Shown here piece after piece: positions 15,401-29,936 of a stretch of 64,000 nucleotides of DNA (the first letter of the stretch is position 1; each line of letters starts with the position of its first letter). Location: NCBI RefSeq assembly GCF_009914755.1, contig NC_060926.1, one strand, 5' to 3'. Under the pieces are notes generated by a model. It was not told the DNA's origin, made no database searches, and saw only the letters and a list, made by a program, of their open reading frames with translations. This DNA is from the human T2T-CHM13v2.0 reference genome, Homo sapiens. The translations under genes and the position numbers were made by a program.

Positions 15401-18199
15401 GTGATATAATACACTATTTTAAGCTGCTAACAACTTAAGTTTGGTTATATAAAAATACTCTAGACTTTCTCCTCTCCCCCTACAATTTGTATTTTAGTTG
15501 CCTTAATTTACATCTTTATCTTTTGTAGTTGATATTTTTGACCTTTTTGATTTTTAAATATCAAACTAGAGGATTGAAAGATTTACATAGCACCATTACA
15601 GCACTGGGCTATTCTAAGTATGATAGATTTACCTATACTGGTGGGTTTTATAATTTCATGTGTTTTAATGATAGTAATTATTGTCTCTTTGTTTCTAGCT
15701 ATAGCATTCCCTTAAACATTCCTTGTAAGGCCAGTCAGGTGGTGAAGAATTCCCTCAGTTTTTGCTTGTCAGGGAAGTTTTTTATTTCTCCTTCATTACT
15801 GAAAGACAGCTTTTATAGATATAGTATTCTTGGCTGACAGTTTTTTTTTTTCTTTTAACACGTTGAATATATTATCCCATTCTCTCCTAGCTTGAAAGGT
15901 TTCTACTGAGAAATCTGCTGATAGTCTAATGGAAATTTCCTTATTTGTGAATTGATGTTTCTCTCTTGTAGCTTTTAGAATTCTCTCTTTGTCTTTGACT
16001 ATAATATTCCTCAAAGAGGATAATTTTTAGTTGAGTTTTATTGGGAATCTTTGAGCTTCTCAGATCTGGATATCTATGTCTCTCCCAAGACTTGGCAGGT
16101 TTTCAGCTATAATTTTGTTAAATAGGTTTTCTGTGCTTTTTTTCCCTCCATTTCTTCTCCCCGTAGCATTCCTATAATGTGAATATTTGTTCATTTAATG
16201 GTGTCTCATAAGTCTTGTAAGTTTCATTTTTTTATATTGTTTCTTTATTCCCCCTCTGATTGGATTATTTCAAAAGACCTGTCTTCAAGTTCAGAAATTC
16301 TTTTCTGCTTGATCTAGTCTGTTGTTGAAGCTCTCAACTGTATTTTTTTGTTACATTAATTGAATTTTTGAGTTCCAAGATTTTTTGGGGTTATTTTTTA
16401 TGATGTCTATTTGTTATTTGAATTTTTTTTTTCAGATTGTGAATTGTTTTCCTGATCTTATTGAATCGTTTGTCTATACTCTCTTGTATGTTACTGAGTT
16501 TCCTTAAGGCCATTATTTTGAATTTCTTTTTAGGTATTTTATAAATATCCTTTTCTTTGTGGTCTGTTAACTGTATACTTATTGTGTTTCTTTGGGGATA
16601 CCATGTTTCCTTGCTTTTTCATGTTTCATGTTTCTCACATCCCTACATTCATACCTGCACATCTAATGGAACAGTTGCTTTTTTGAATTTTATAAGGCAG
16701 CTTTTGTAGGAACCCACCCTTGTAGATGGGTTCTAGGGTGTTGGTTGGGAATGGTGCATTGGCTTTGGTTCTAAGAAGTCCCCCAACTCTGAGCAGATCC
16801 TGCTGGGAGAGACAGTGTGGCAGAGGCAGGATACCTCACTCACCTCTCTATGGTGCTGTCCTGGGCTTCCGTGCCCCACAGGGATTTCACCACGCCTCTG
16901 GTGCTCTCCAGTGTACCTCCTCAGTCACTGTAGTGGAAATATAGGTATCTGTTGTTTTGTTCCCTTTCTAGGTGGGTGGGGGGAAGTGCCAAGAAACTCT
17001 AGCTGGCCATCCTGCTGATGTCTGATACTTGCACTGTCTTCTAACATCATAAAAGTCCAGGGGAAAAAGTTTGCTGGTCATTGATGGAGCAACAAAGTAC
17101 AAGTTGGTGTTTGGAGAGAAGGGAGATTTTCAGGTACTTTGGGAGAGGAGTCTTTGAGTCCTTTCACCTAAGTAAGAAAGTTTTTTAGAAAGCTACCAAC
17201 CAGAAGCATAAGTCGGACCTGCTCTGATGAAAGACACAGTGATGAGAAAAGCCCTGGACACCAGCCTTGTCCCTGGGTGTGAGATGTCTAGACCTGCAGG
17301 CTCTGCCTGGCCTGACACTGTCAAGTGGGGACTGGCCCAGTGCTGCCTGGCCTCCCAGAATTTGGCTGTGCTGCTGGCCTGAGCTGGCCTGTTTGGGGTG
17401 TGTGTGGTTACAAACCTTTGTTTAGTCTAGCAGGTACATGGTACCTACAGGACAGCCAGGAAAGGGATTGCTTCTACAGCCCTAGGGATATTGGGGCCTA
17501 AGGGCATCTGTCTTCTGATGGAGGAACTCTAAGCAGGAACAATGCAGGCTTTTAATTCTAGCACAAGAGGACAATTTCTCAATAATCAGCTGAGAACTGA
17601 TGGGAGTTCATCAGAGCCTCTGCAAGGTTTGTATCATTCTGGCCGGAGTGGGGACTGGGTAAGGGAGGAGGTTGGGAAGGGGCCCAGCAGATTTTTGCCC
17701 GATGTATGAAAGTCCTTGGAGAATGACAACTTTAGCTCCAGCCCCCACTCCATTTAATCCAGACCTTAACCAGGATTCCAGCAAGTTAAAGGTGACTTTC
17801 ATCCTGAGTTTTATGGTTCAGATGTTGGTCCTTTATTATGTAATTTGGCCTGATGTAGGGCTGAGAAAATGCATTGTCTTATTTCACCCTTGACATTTTT
17901 ATTGCAGGGCATTTCCAAACCTGTGGGAAAGGCTGTTCAGGCTGCTTCCTTGGGAAGTATTTAAAGGGATACAAGTCTGCTACTGAATGCAGGGAGAGGG
18001 GAAAAATTAGGGAGAAGAGACAAAGAGAAAATACAAGGGGAAAGGAATTAAATAAGAAGGAACCCAGTCACAGCATTTTATTTCTCCATTTGTTCTTTGT
18101 ATCATAAGTTTCGAAGTAAGATGTACTTTCCCAATAGTTTTTTTTTTCTCTTTGTTAATCAGAAGTGAATTGAACTTTCTGTTCCTTTTCAGTGAGAGG

Positions 18200-19786
<1,587 letters not shown>

Positions 19787-19909
19787 TAATCCGTAATAGC
19801 TTTTCAGTTCCTCCCTTGAGAGGCAGAGTGAACTTTCCTCTTCTTTGACTATAGGTTCAACTATCTTCCATAAAAAGAACCCCAAATCTTCCTGACCCCA
19901 AATCCCTTT

Positions 19910-20255
19910 TGCTATGGTCTGAATGTTTGTGTCACTCCAAAATTCATATGTTGAAATCATAACCCACAAGGCGATGGTAATAGGAGGTAGGCTTTTGGGA
20001 GAAGATTAGGTCATGAGGGCTTAGCGCCCTTATAAAAGAGGCCCCAGATAGCTAGCTCACCCCTTCCACCATGTGAGGACACAGAAAGAAGGTACTGTCT
20101 ATGAACCAGAAAGTGGGCCCTCATCAGACACCAAATCTGCTAGTACCTTGATCTCGGACTTCCTAGCCTCCAGAACTGCAAGAAGTAAATTTCTGTTGTT
20201 TTTAAGCTATCCAGTTTATGGTATTTTGTTATAGAAGCCCAAACAATCTAAAACA
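19910..20255 (+). mobile_element. MLT1A solo LTR
   Basis: TGCTATGGTCTGAATGTTTGTGTC...CCAGAACTG..AGAAGTAAATTTCTGTTG. Confidence 0.85.
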
Positions 20256-20259
20256 CTCC

Positions 20260-20930
20260 TGTAGCTATATTCACCTTATCTCTCCTCCCATGCATGGTTC
20301 AAACGCCTCCAAGTTTGACGTCTTTGGGATGAAGCTCTTCGAGTACAGTTCCTGCTGTACAGTGCCTCTCCATCTTCAGGCCTGTGAAACTGAAGAGACA
20401 AATTATCTGCCCCCTACCTAATATACCACAGTGGGATAGGCATAATATAGCCATTATAGATATTCCTTTTGTAAAAGGGAAAAACGAGAGATAAAAAGTA
20501 GTCATTGGTCCATAACAATTCTGAAATCCAGCTGGGGAAATGTTAGAAGTTCCTCGATTATGTCTCGAGGCCTGGAAATGACTCTTCCTAGCACTTCCTT
20601 CTGCTCTCTGAGCTCTTGGTTCTACACCCTGAGTCATCATTTCTTTTCTTTTCTTGGTGAAATGTAGTGTGTGTTTGCAGTGGAGTAGTTTTCACAGCCT
20701 TCTTGTCAGTAGATTTTTTGGGGTCAAACTGCCTCCTTTCATTTAGTTCTATCTCTATCCTTTTCAGTTTAAGCTGGCAGTGTTTTTACTGAAATAAATC
20801 TCTCCAAAACATTGTGGGTTACAGTGAATTTCATTGCAGGTATACCCCATTAGACAGAAGCTTCAGCACCATAGGAAAGGTAATACAGAAAAATAGACAG
20901 AAGTTATATTCACAAATGTCTTCTGGATAA
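20260..20930 (-). mobile_element. MaLR internal (MLT1-int)-like fragment
   Basis: GGCCTGTGAAACTGAAGAGACAAATTATCTGCCCCC...GGGATAGGCATA resembles MLT-int. Confidence 0.45.
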
Positions 20931-21539
20931 GCCCTTAAAGCTTTGTTTTTTCCTTCTTTGGGTTTAGTTTGCTGTTTTTGTCTATTTTCTTAAAATGGAG
21001 ACTTTGATAATTGGTTTTAAGCCTTTCTTCTTTTCTCTTATGTGTATTTAAATTGATAAAAATTTCCCTCTAAGCATGGCTTCAGCTTTAATTTCATATG
21101 TTTATATGTTTTGATATGTTATATTTTCATGTCCATTCATTTCAAAATATTTCTAATTTCCATTATCGTTTCTTTTTTGAATCACAGGTTGTTTAAAAGA
21201 GTATTTGGGAATTTTAATTTCCCTACAATTGTAGCTTAATTCTACTGTAGTCAGAAAATTGAGAACATAATCTGTATTCTTTGAAATGGGAAATTCTTTG
21301 AAATTGTTGAGATTTCAACATGTTGCTCAAATCTTCTATGTGTTTACTGATATTTTTGTCTGCTTATTCTGTCCATTTTGGAAGGATATTTGTTAAAATG
21401 TCCCATTTTGGTTGTGCATTCATCTATTTTTCTTTTTGTGTGAATATTTGAATTGCATATTTTAGGCCTATATTATTAGGTGCATATAAATTTGGAATTG
21501 CCATGGCTTTCTGGTGAGTTGACTCTTTTATTATTATGA

Positions 21540-21836
<297 letters not shown>

Positions 21837-23266
21837 TAGCTTTGCTGGGTTTCCATTGGTTAGTGATTGCATGGTATATCTTTTCTTTTTTTAATCCTTT
21901 TACTTTCACATTCTCTGTATCCTTGTATTTAAGATCTCTTTCTTATAAATATAATAGAGTTGGACTTTGCATTTTTATCCATCTGTCTTTTAATTGATAT
22001 AGTTAATAAATTTATATTTATTGTAGTTACTTTGTTATTTTTTCTTTGCTCACATGTTAAATATTTCTTGCTCCAAATTTCTCTTAAAATAATTTTCTGT
22101 ATTATTTTATTTCTCTTTCTGTATTTAATTTTCTATGGACTTATCTTCTGGTTCTCTAATTCTCTCTTCAACTATGTCTAATCTGCTTTGAAAGTCATGT
22201 ATTGGACTTATTTATTTATTTAGAATGATTAGTTCTCACTTTTCTTTTTCTTTTGAGGTATAACGTATTCAGTAATCCTAAGTATTTAGCCTGATGAATT
22301 GTTCCTCACACACAAACACATGCATGCATATCCATATCCATGTCTATTGTATCTCCATATCCAAATAATTATCACCCAGATGAAGATGTTTTAAGTTTCT
22401 AGTACCCCAAAGTCTCCATCATGTCCCTTGTATCTGATATTTCCTTCAAAGATAAGCAATTTTTTGACCTCTATCACCATGGATTAGTTTTGTCTGCATT
22501 TGGATTTTCTATAAATATATCCCATACTATTAACTCTTTTGTGTCTGACTTTGTTAACTCAGCATCATGCCTGAGATTTATTCATGCTGTTCTCTGCAGC
22601 AGTTTTTTATTGCTATCTATCAACCCATTATGTGAATATACTATATTTATTCATTCTGTTGTTGAAGGCCATTTGAATTGTTTCCACAATAGTATTATCT
22701 TGTGGCTTTTTTATCTTGGTGCTGTGTCCAGTGTGTCTGGTAACTTTCGACTGAATGCTGGACACTGTGATCATAAATTGTGCAGTCCTGAATGATGTTA
22801 TCTTCCTCTAGAGAAGGTTTACTTTTGCTTATGCCAGGCAGTTAGATTAGGGGCAGGTAGTGGGCTGCCTTGAGGTGATTTTCAGTCTTTGTAAGGCCAA
22901 GTCTATTTCTGTATCATTGTTATTCACATGTGATGCTGCAACTCCAATTTTGCCACAGCATAGTGAGAGTGCCCCAAGCTCTGCTTGGCTTTTCAGGCAC
23001 TTGACTTTTGCTTTCTCTCAGCCTTTGGGCTACTGTTTGCAAATCAGCAATGATTTTCAGGAGATAAGTGATACAGAGAGTTGGGCTCACTTTCTTGCAT
23101 TTCCCTCCCTTGTTTCTTGAGGTTCTCAGCTCTTAGCTGACTTGATAACCTTGAACTCCATTCTTATTCCTCAGTCTTGTGAGACTAATGCAACTGCTTA
23201 ACTTCTCTCATTTATAGTAGCCAGTTTCTGCTTGGGTTCTAATTCTCTCAACTCCATGCTGATTAG

Positions 23267-23657
<391 letters not shown>

Positions 23658-23819
23658 GACCTTTGCCCTTTATCCAGTGTTTCTTCTTATTTTGGGCAGG
23701 GAGTTTGGTCTGATAAAAGTGACTCTGTCATACCAGAAGCAGATTGATGAAATAATTCCAGGCCACTTGTTTTAGTAGTGGTTTGCCTTAGTGTAATTGT
23801 CAATGATGTTAAAATGTGA

Positions 23820-23960
23820 CTATCATAATAGCCTGTGAGGTAGTTAGCAGAGTTATTGTCCCCACTTTACAGATGGGGACACTGAGGTTCAGAAGGGTTA
23901 AGTGGTTGGCGGAGTTTGCATAGCTAATACATGGTAGACCACCTTCTTGACCCTTACTCT
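23820..23960 (-). mobile_element. MIR
   Basis: CCCACTTTACAGATGGGGACACTGAGGTTCAGAAGGGTTAAG. Confidence 0.8.
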
Positions 23961-24029
23961 ACACTGAAATTCCCTTGCACTGTACCTGATGCCATCTAGT
24001 GGGACCCAAACTGTACTCAGGGAACAGGA

Positions 24030-26478
24030 AACAGCACTAACTGAATTGACACCTTCAGGCGTTATATGTGCTTCTGGCGACTTGAGCAATGATATTTGAT
24101 AATATTTCAACCTACCTTTGTAAATGATAGGTGTTTAATATTAGTTAGAAGACCTATAAGTATTAGTCTTCTTATTTGGTTATTAAACCTTGCTTTCTAT
24201 TTTCCTGTCTATTAATTTTCATAATAAATGTAAATCGAGTTGCTTATCTATTATTATTTTTTAAAATTCCAGCATATGGCTTCTACAATGTCTCAAAAGA
24301 AAACAAACCCCCCCCAAAATAAAAAATACAGATGAGGGAAGATTGCTCAACGAAAAGTGGACAGATGACTACTTTTTTGTCAAGGCAAATAGTAAGGCAC
24401 TCTGCTTGATTTGTAGGGAATTTGTGCCAGTTTCAAAGACTATAATTTGAAAAGGCATTATATGCAAAGACGTGCTGCCAAATTTGGTGCGTATCAAGGA
24501 ATGTGTCGTAAGGACAAAAATAGCAGAACTGAAAAAATGTCTGTCTTCACAAAAAAAATTTTTTTTAAAGTTGCAACTCAAACAGTCTATTGTAAAAGCT
24601 AGTTATATGATAGCAAATTTAATAGCAAAAAGCAAAACTATTTACAGATGGTGAGTTTATTAAGCAACGTATGGGAGGCATGGCATATATCATTTGCCCT
24701 GATAAAAAAGAAGATATCTCTAAAATCAGTTTGTCTTGCCGGAATATAGCCAGGTGAATTGGAGAAATTGGAAAGTCTATGAAAAGAGCGTAAAACTGCT
24801 AATTTTAAATTTTGTGCTTTGGCGATGGATGAAAGCACTGATGCTACACATATGGCACAACTTGCCATTTTTATTAGAGGCATTGATGACGAATAGAATG
24901 TCATCATTATATAAAGCCATATAATGAAGAAATAATAAACCCATATAATGAAGAAATGGCTTTTTTAGTGCCATTAAAAAACAGAGTAAATCAAGAGATT
25001 TATACGAAGTAGTAAAAGATGCATTAAAGCAATTTTCTTTGTGCGTTGTGAACATACCTGGTATAGTTACTGATGATGCCCCTGCGATGGTACGTAAAAG
25101 AGAGGGAGTTGTAAAATTAATAGAAAATGATGCAGTTGCCGCCTGAAACTCACTTTTGATGATGTGTCATTGTATAGTACATCAAGAAAATTTATGCACA
25201 AAAGCTTTAAAAATGGATAACATCATGCAAATTGTCATCAAGGCTGTGAATTTCATAGGGGCCAAGAGATTGAATCATTGCCAATTCCAGGAATTCCTTA
25301 AAAGTATGGATGCTGACTATAGCAACATCATTTACTTTTCGGAAGTAAAGTCGAGACAGATGTTGAAAAGATTTTATGATTTGCGACATGAAATCGAGTT
25401 ATTTATGGTATCAAAAACAAAATTTGTGCCAGAACTTGATGACGAAAACTGGCTTACAGATTTAGCATTTTTAGTGGATTTGACCACTCATTTAAATGAG
25501 TTAAACATGAATCTTCAAGGTGAAAACCAACTTCTCAATACAATGTTTCAAACCATAACAGTGTTCCAAATACAATTGAAATTATGGCAAGCTAAAATTA
25601 AGGCAAACAGTTTTACGGATTTCAACACATTTGCTAAACACGGGCTTGTCAACAGCAAAAAGTATTCTGCCTTGCTTTTTGATTTGATAAAGGAATTTGA
25701 AAACAGGTTTTAAGATTTCTGGAAAAATAATCAATATTTTGGTATAGTTGCAACTCCATTTTCAGCCAACATAAATATGTTACCTGCGAATGCATACAGC
25801 TGCAATGTGACATTCAACTTAAAGAAAAATCTCATCAGGCTTCTTTCCTGGACTTTGTAAGACCTATCTTCCCAGAGACAAATATCCCTCGCTTCACAGT
25901 CATGCCTTACTCATGTCGTCGGTTTTTGGCAGCACCATAGTGTGTTTGTGGTGTATGCTGTGTGTGTGTGTGTGGTGTGCGTTTGTGAGCAACTGTTTTC
26001 AAGGATGAAGCACACGAAGAGTAAAATTAGAACCAAAATATCTGAGGAGCACCTTGAGAACTCGCTGAGAATTGCAACTACTTCCATCGAACCAGATATT
26101 GATGCATTAGTTTCTCAAAAACAATGTCAAATATCCCACTAGTTTTATGTTGTCCTCTTTTACTTTTATAATAAAAATTATCAAAAAATTAATGACGTTT
26201 TATTACTTAGATACGTACATTTTCTATGTCAGTGATTGCAAAGTTGGGACCTGCTTGACGATTTTAAAAGACCCTCTGAAAGGGGCAGCACATGGTTAGA
26301 TTATGATGTGAGGACTGTTTTGCTCATCTGTGGTGGCGGATATCACGAAAATTATGCAAGGACCTTTTTTTTTTTTTAAGCTCATCAGCTATTGTTAATG
26401 TTTGTGTATTTTATGTGTCGTACAAGACAATTCTTCTTCCAGTGTGGCCCAAGGAAGCCGAAAGATTGGACACCCCTT
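24030..26478 (+). mobile_element. Autonomous-type hAT-Charlie DNA transposon with MER30-type right end (Charlie12-like), left end missing
   Basis: Transposase relic plus terminal ...GCTCATCAGCTATTGTTAATG...CCAGTGTGGCCCAAGGAAGCCGAAAGATTGGACACCCCT, the reverse complement of the MER30 terminus; left boundary approximate. Confidence 0.85.
24276..26142 (+). pseudogene. Disrupted hAT transposase (SPIN/GTF2IRD2/EPM2AIP1-like clade)
   Basis: EKWTDDYFF..KALCLIC..KDYNLKRHY (BED finger), AMDESTD, VTDDAPAM, HCIVHQENLC, WLTDLAFLVDLTTHLNELN.NLQG, FGST..CEQLFSRMK; multiple stops and frameshifts; AATAAA at 26170. Confidence 0.93.
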
Positions 26479-26541
26479 CTTTAAAATAGCAATGCAAGGA
26501 TGGACTGACATAGGCAGCGAGCCCCTTTTGCTGGGTAACAT

Positions 26542-26943
26542 TGTTATGGACTGAATTGTGTCCCCCCCAAATACGTATGTTGAGTTTTTAACCCTTCATG
26601 TGACTGTATTGGAGATGGGGCCTGTAAGGAGGTTATAAAGTTAAATAAGTTCATAAAGGCGGGGCCCTGATCCGACAGGATTGGTGCCCTTCTAAGAAGA
26701 GGAGGAGACGGGAGGTCTTTGTCTCTGTGTGTGCCTCTCCGTGTGCTCACAAAGGAAAGGCCATGGGAGGACGCAGCAGCAAGGCAGCCCGCCTGCAAGC
26801 TGGGAAGAGGTTGTCACCGGAACCAGCCTGATGGCACCTGGGGCTCGGACTTCCCGCTCCCAGAACTGTGAGAAAATACACTTGTGTGGGTCAGCCTCCC
26901 AGGCTGGGGCACTTGGTCATGGTAGGCCGAGCTGTCTAATCCA
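26542..26943 (+). mobile_element. MLT1B solo LTR
   Basis: TGTTATGGACTGAATTGTGTCCCCCC...CCAGAACTGTGAGAAAATAC. Confidence 0.85.
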
Positions 26944-27109
26944 CCTCTCTTTCAGGACCCACCGAATCCCGAAAAATAGAGCTCTTCCTTCCTCTGCTCG
27001 TACTGGGGAAACTACCAGCTATTTTCTGGTTCATCTTATAAAACCCAGCAAGTCCACTGACTGCAAACTTCTACCCTAGTGAGCAGAATACAGAACTTCA
27101 GCTTTCACG

Positions 27110-29210
27110 CCTGCACACACTCCACACACAGCATAACCTACACACACTGCACACCACACACCACGCACAGCACACACCACACGCGCTGCACACCACACAC
27201 ACTGCACACCACGCTCCAGACATACTGCACACCACACACTGCACGCTACACAAACACACCACACACGCACTGCACACCACACACAGCACACACCACACAC
27301 ACTGCACACCCCACATGCTGCACACCCCACACCACACACACCACACACCACACACCACACACACTGAACGCCACACACAGCACACACGACACACCACACA
27401 CAGCACACACCACACACTGCACACCACACACAGCACACACGACACACACTGCACACCACACCACACACCACACACTGCACACCACACACAGCACACACTG
27501 CACACAGCACACACTGCACACCACACACCACACACAGCACACACACTGCACACCACACACCACACACACTGCATACCACACACAGCACACACCACACATA
27601 CTGCACACCACACCACACGCACTGCACACCACATGCACACCGCACACCACACACAGCACACACCATACACACAGAACACACTGCACACTGCACACCACAC
27701 ACACTGCACACCACACACTGCACACTGTACACACACTGCATACCACACACCAAACTGCACACTGCACACACACTACATACAGCACTGCACGCCACACACC
27801 ACACACTGCACACTACACAACACACACTGCACACTACACACACCACACACACTGCACACCACACACACACTGCACACCACACAGCACACACCACACACTA
27901 AACTGCACACTACACATACACTACATACAGCACTGCACACCACACACTGCACACCACACACCACACACACTGCACATTACACACACCACACACACTGGAC
28001 ACTACACACGCACACTGCACACCACACACCACAGCACACACCACACACCAAACTGCACACTACACACACACTACACACACTACATACAGCACTGCACACC
28101 ACACACACTGCACACTACACATGCACACTGCACACACCACACACAGCACACACCACACACCAAACTGCACACTACACACCACACACCAAACTGCACACTA
28201 CACACACATTACATACAACACTGCACACCACACACCACACACACTGCACGCCACACAGCACACACCGCACTCACTGCACACTACACAAACACACCACACA
28301 CACTGTATGCCACACACAGCACACACCACACACCACACACAGAACACACCACACACACTGCACACCACACACACTGCAAACCACACACCACACACACTAC
28401 ACTACACAAACACACCACACACACTGCACACCACACACAGCACACACACTGCACACCACACACCACAGACACTGCATACCACACACAGCACACACCACAC
28501 ATACTGCACACCACACCACACGCACTGCACACTACACATGCACACTGCACACCACACACCATACACTACACACAGAACACACTGCACACTACACATACCA
28601 CACACACAGCACACCACACACTGCGCACTGCACACTATACACGCACACTGCACACCACACACCACACAGCACACACCAAACTGCACACACACTACATACA
28701 GCACTGCACACCACACACCACACACACTGTACACTACACATGCACACTGCACACCACACACCACATACAGCACACAACACACCACACACTGCACACTACA
28801 CATGCACACTGCACACCACAAAGCACACACCACACACCAAACTGTACACTACACACACACTACATACAGCACTGCACACCATACACCACACACTGCACAC
28901 CACACACCACACACACTGGACACTACACACACCACACACACTGCACACCACACATCACATACAGCACACACCACACACTGCACAGTATACACACACACTG
29001 CACACCACACACACACCACAGACTGCACACCACACACAGCACACACCACACACACAAACCACACACTGCACACCACACACACACCACAGCACACACACTG
29101 CACACCACACAGCACACAGCACACACACTGCACACTACACACACATCACACCACACACACACCACACACACCCCCCCTCCACACACATATCACACCCCAT
29201 GCACACACCT
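27110..29210 (+). repeat. ~2.1-kb CA-rich compound minisatellite (CACAC/CTGCACAC/CAGCACAC units)
   Basis: Directly visible; recurring CCAAACTGCACACTACACACACACTACATACAGCACTG blocks. Confidence 0.97.
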
Positions 29211-29513
29211 CCACGTACCCATTCCTCACAAGCACATCCAACCCCTCGCATGTATTCCCACACTGTTTGGGACGCGATCATGGATATGACCAAGTGCTTC
29301 CTTCCATTGTTTGAGTCCAGGTGCAGGGAGTGGACAGACGGGGAGTGGACGGATGCTCAGGGAAGGCCCCCTGCAGCCTCCTCAGCCCCGCCTATGTGCT
29401 CATTCTTCCTGCGCAGGAGGCACTGGGGGCGGCCTTGGCAAGGTCCAGGGAGGCTGAGCACCTGAGAAGATTCCTCCTGGGGCTCGGACCACGTTCCTTC
29501 CTTCAGTCGATCG

Positions 29514-29936
29514 TGTAGGGGGTTGAATCGTGGCCCCCACGGGGGTATGTTGAAGTCCTAGCCCAAGTTACCCGTGAGTGTGACCTTATTTGGGAATAGG
29601 GTCTTGGCAGATGTAAGTAAGTTAAGCTAGAGTCATGCCGGAGTAGGTTGGGCCATAAGTCCAGTGTCTGTGTCCTTAAAAGGGAAAGGAGAGGGAGACC
29701 TGGAGACACAAAGGAAGAGCCACTGTGAGGATGAGGCCGAGGTTGGTACCCCGAGGGCTGCTGGCAGCCCTCAGACGTCGGAGCTGCTGGAGTGGGCTCT
29801 CCCTCAGGGCCTCCGGGAGGAAGCAGGCCTGCTGACACCTGGGTTTTGGATCTGGCCTCCAGAACTGTGAGAGGATGTTGTTTGGAGCCCCTTGGTGTGT
29901 GGCAACCTGTAATGGCAGTTCCAGGAAGCTGGCACA
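29514..29936 (+). mobile_element. MLT1C solo LTR
   Basis: TGTAGGGGGTTGAATCGTGGCCCC...GTGACCTTATTTGGGAATAGGGTCTT...CCAGAACTGTGAGAG. Confidence 0.85.

Larger units (their letters stand above)
12540..17020 (-). mobile_element. Degenerate L1 (ORF2 endonuclease, ORF1, 5' region)
   Basis: ORF 14693-14932 has EN motif RLKVKTWKKIFYAN..Q.GIAILISDKIDFK; ORF 15796-16014 has ORF1 motif KDKERILKA.REK..IRLSADFS.ETFQARREW. Confidence 0.93.

Noticed and set aside
25156-25713. 185-aa transposase ORF as a domesticated gene
   Set aside because: Lacks the first two catalytic Asp motifs and the Glu, the conserved RW motif is deleted, and flanking frames have stops and frameshifts
27079-29465. 736-aa and 716-aa His/Thr-rich ORFs, and Cys/Val-rich antisense ORFs
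   Set aside because: Artefacts of the CA-rich array, which seldom forms stop codons; open in several frames at once
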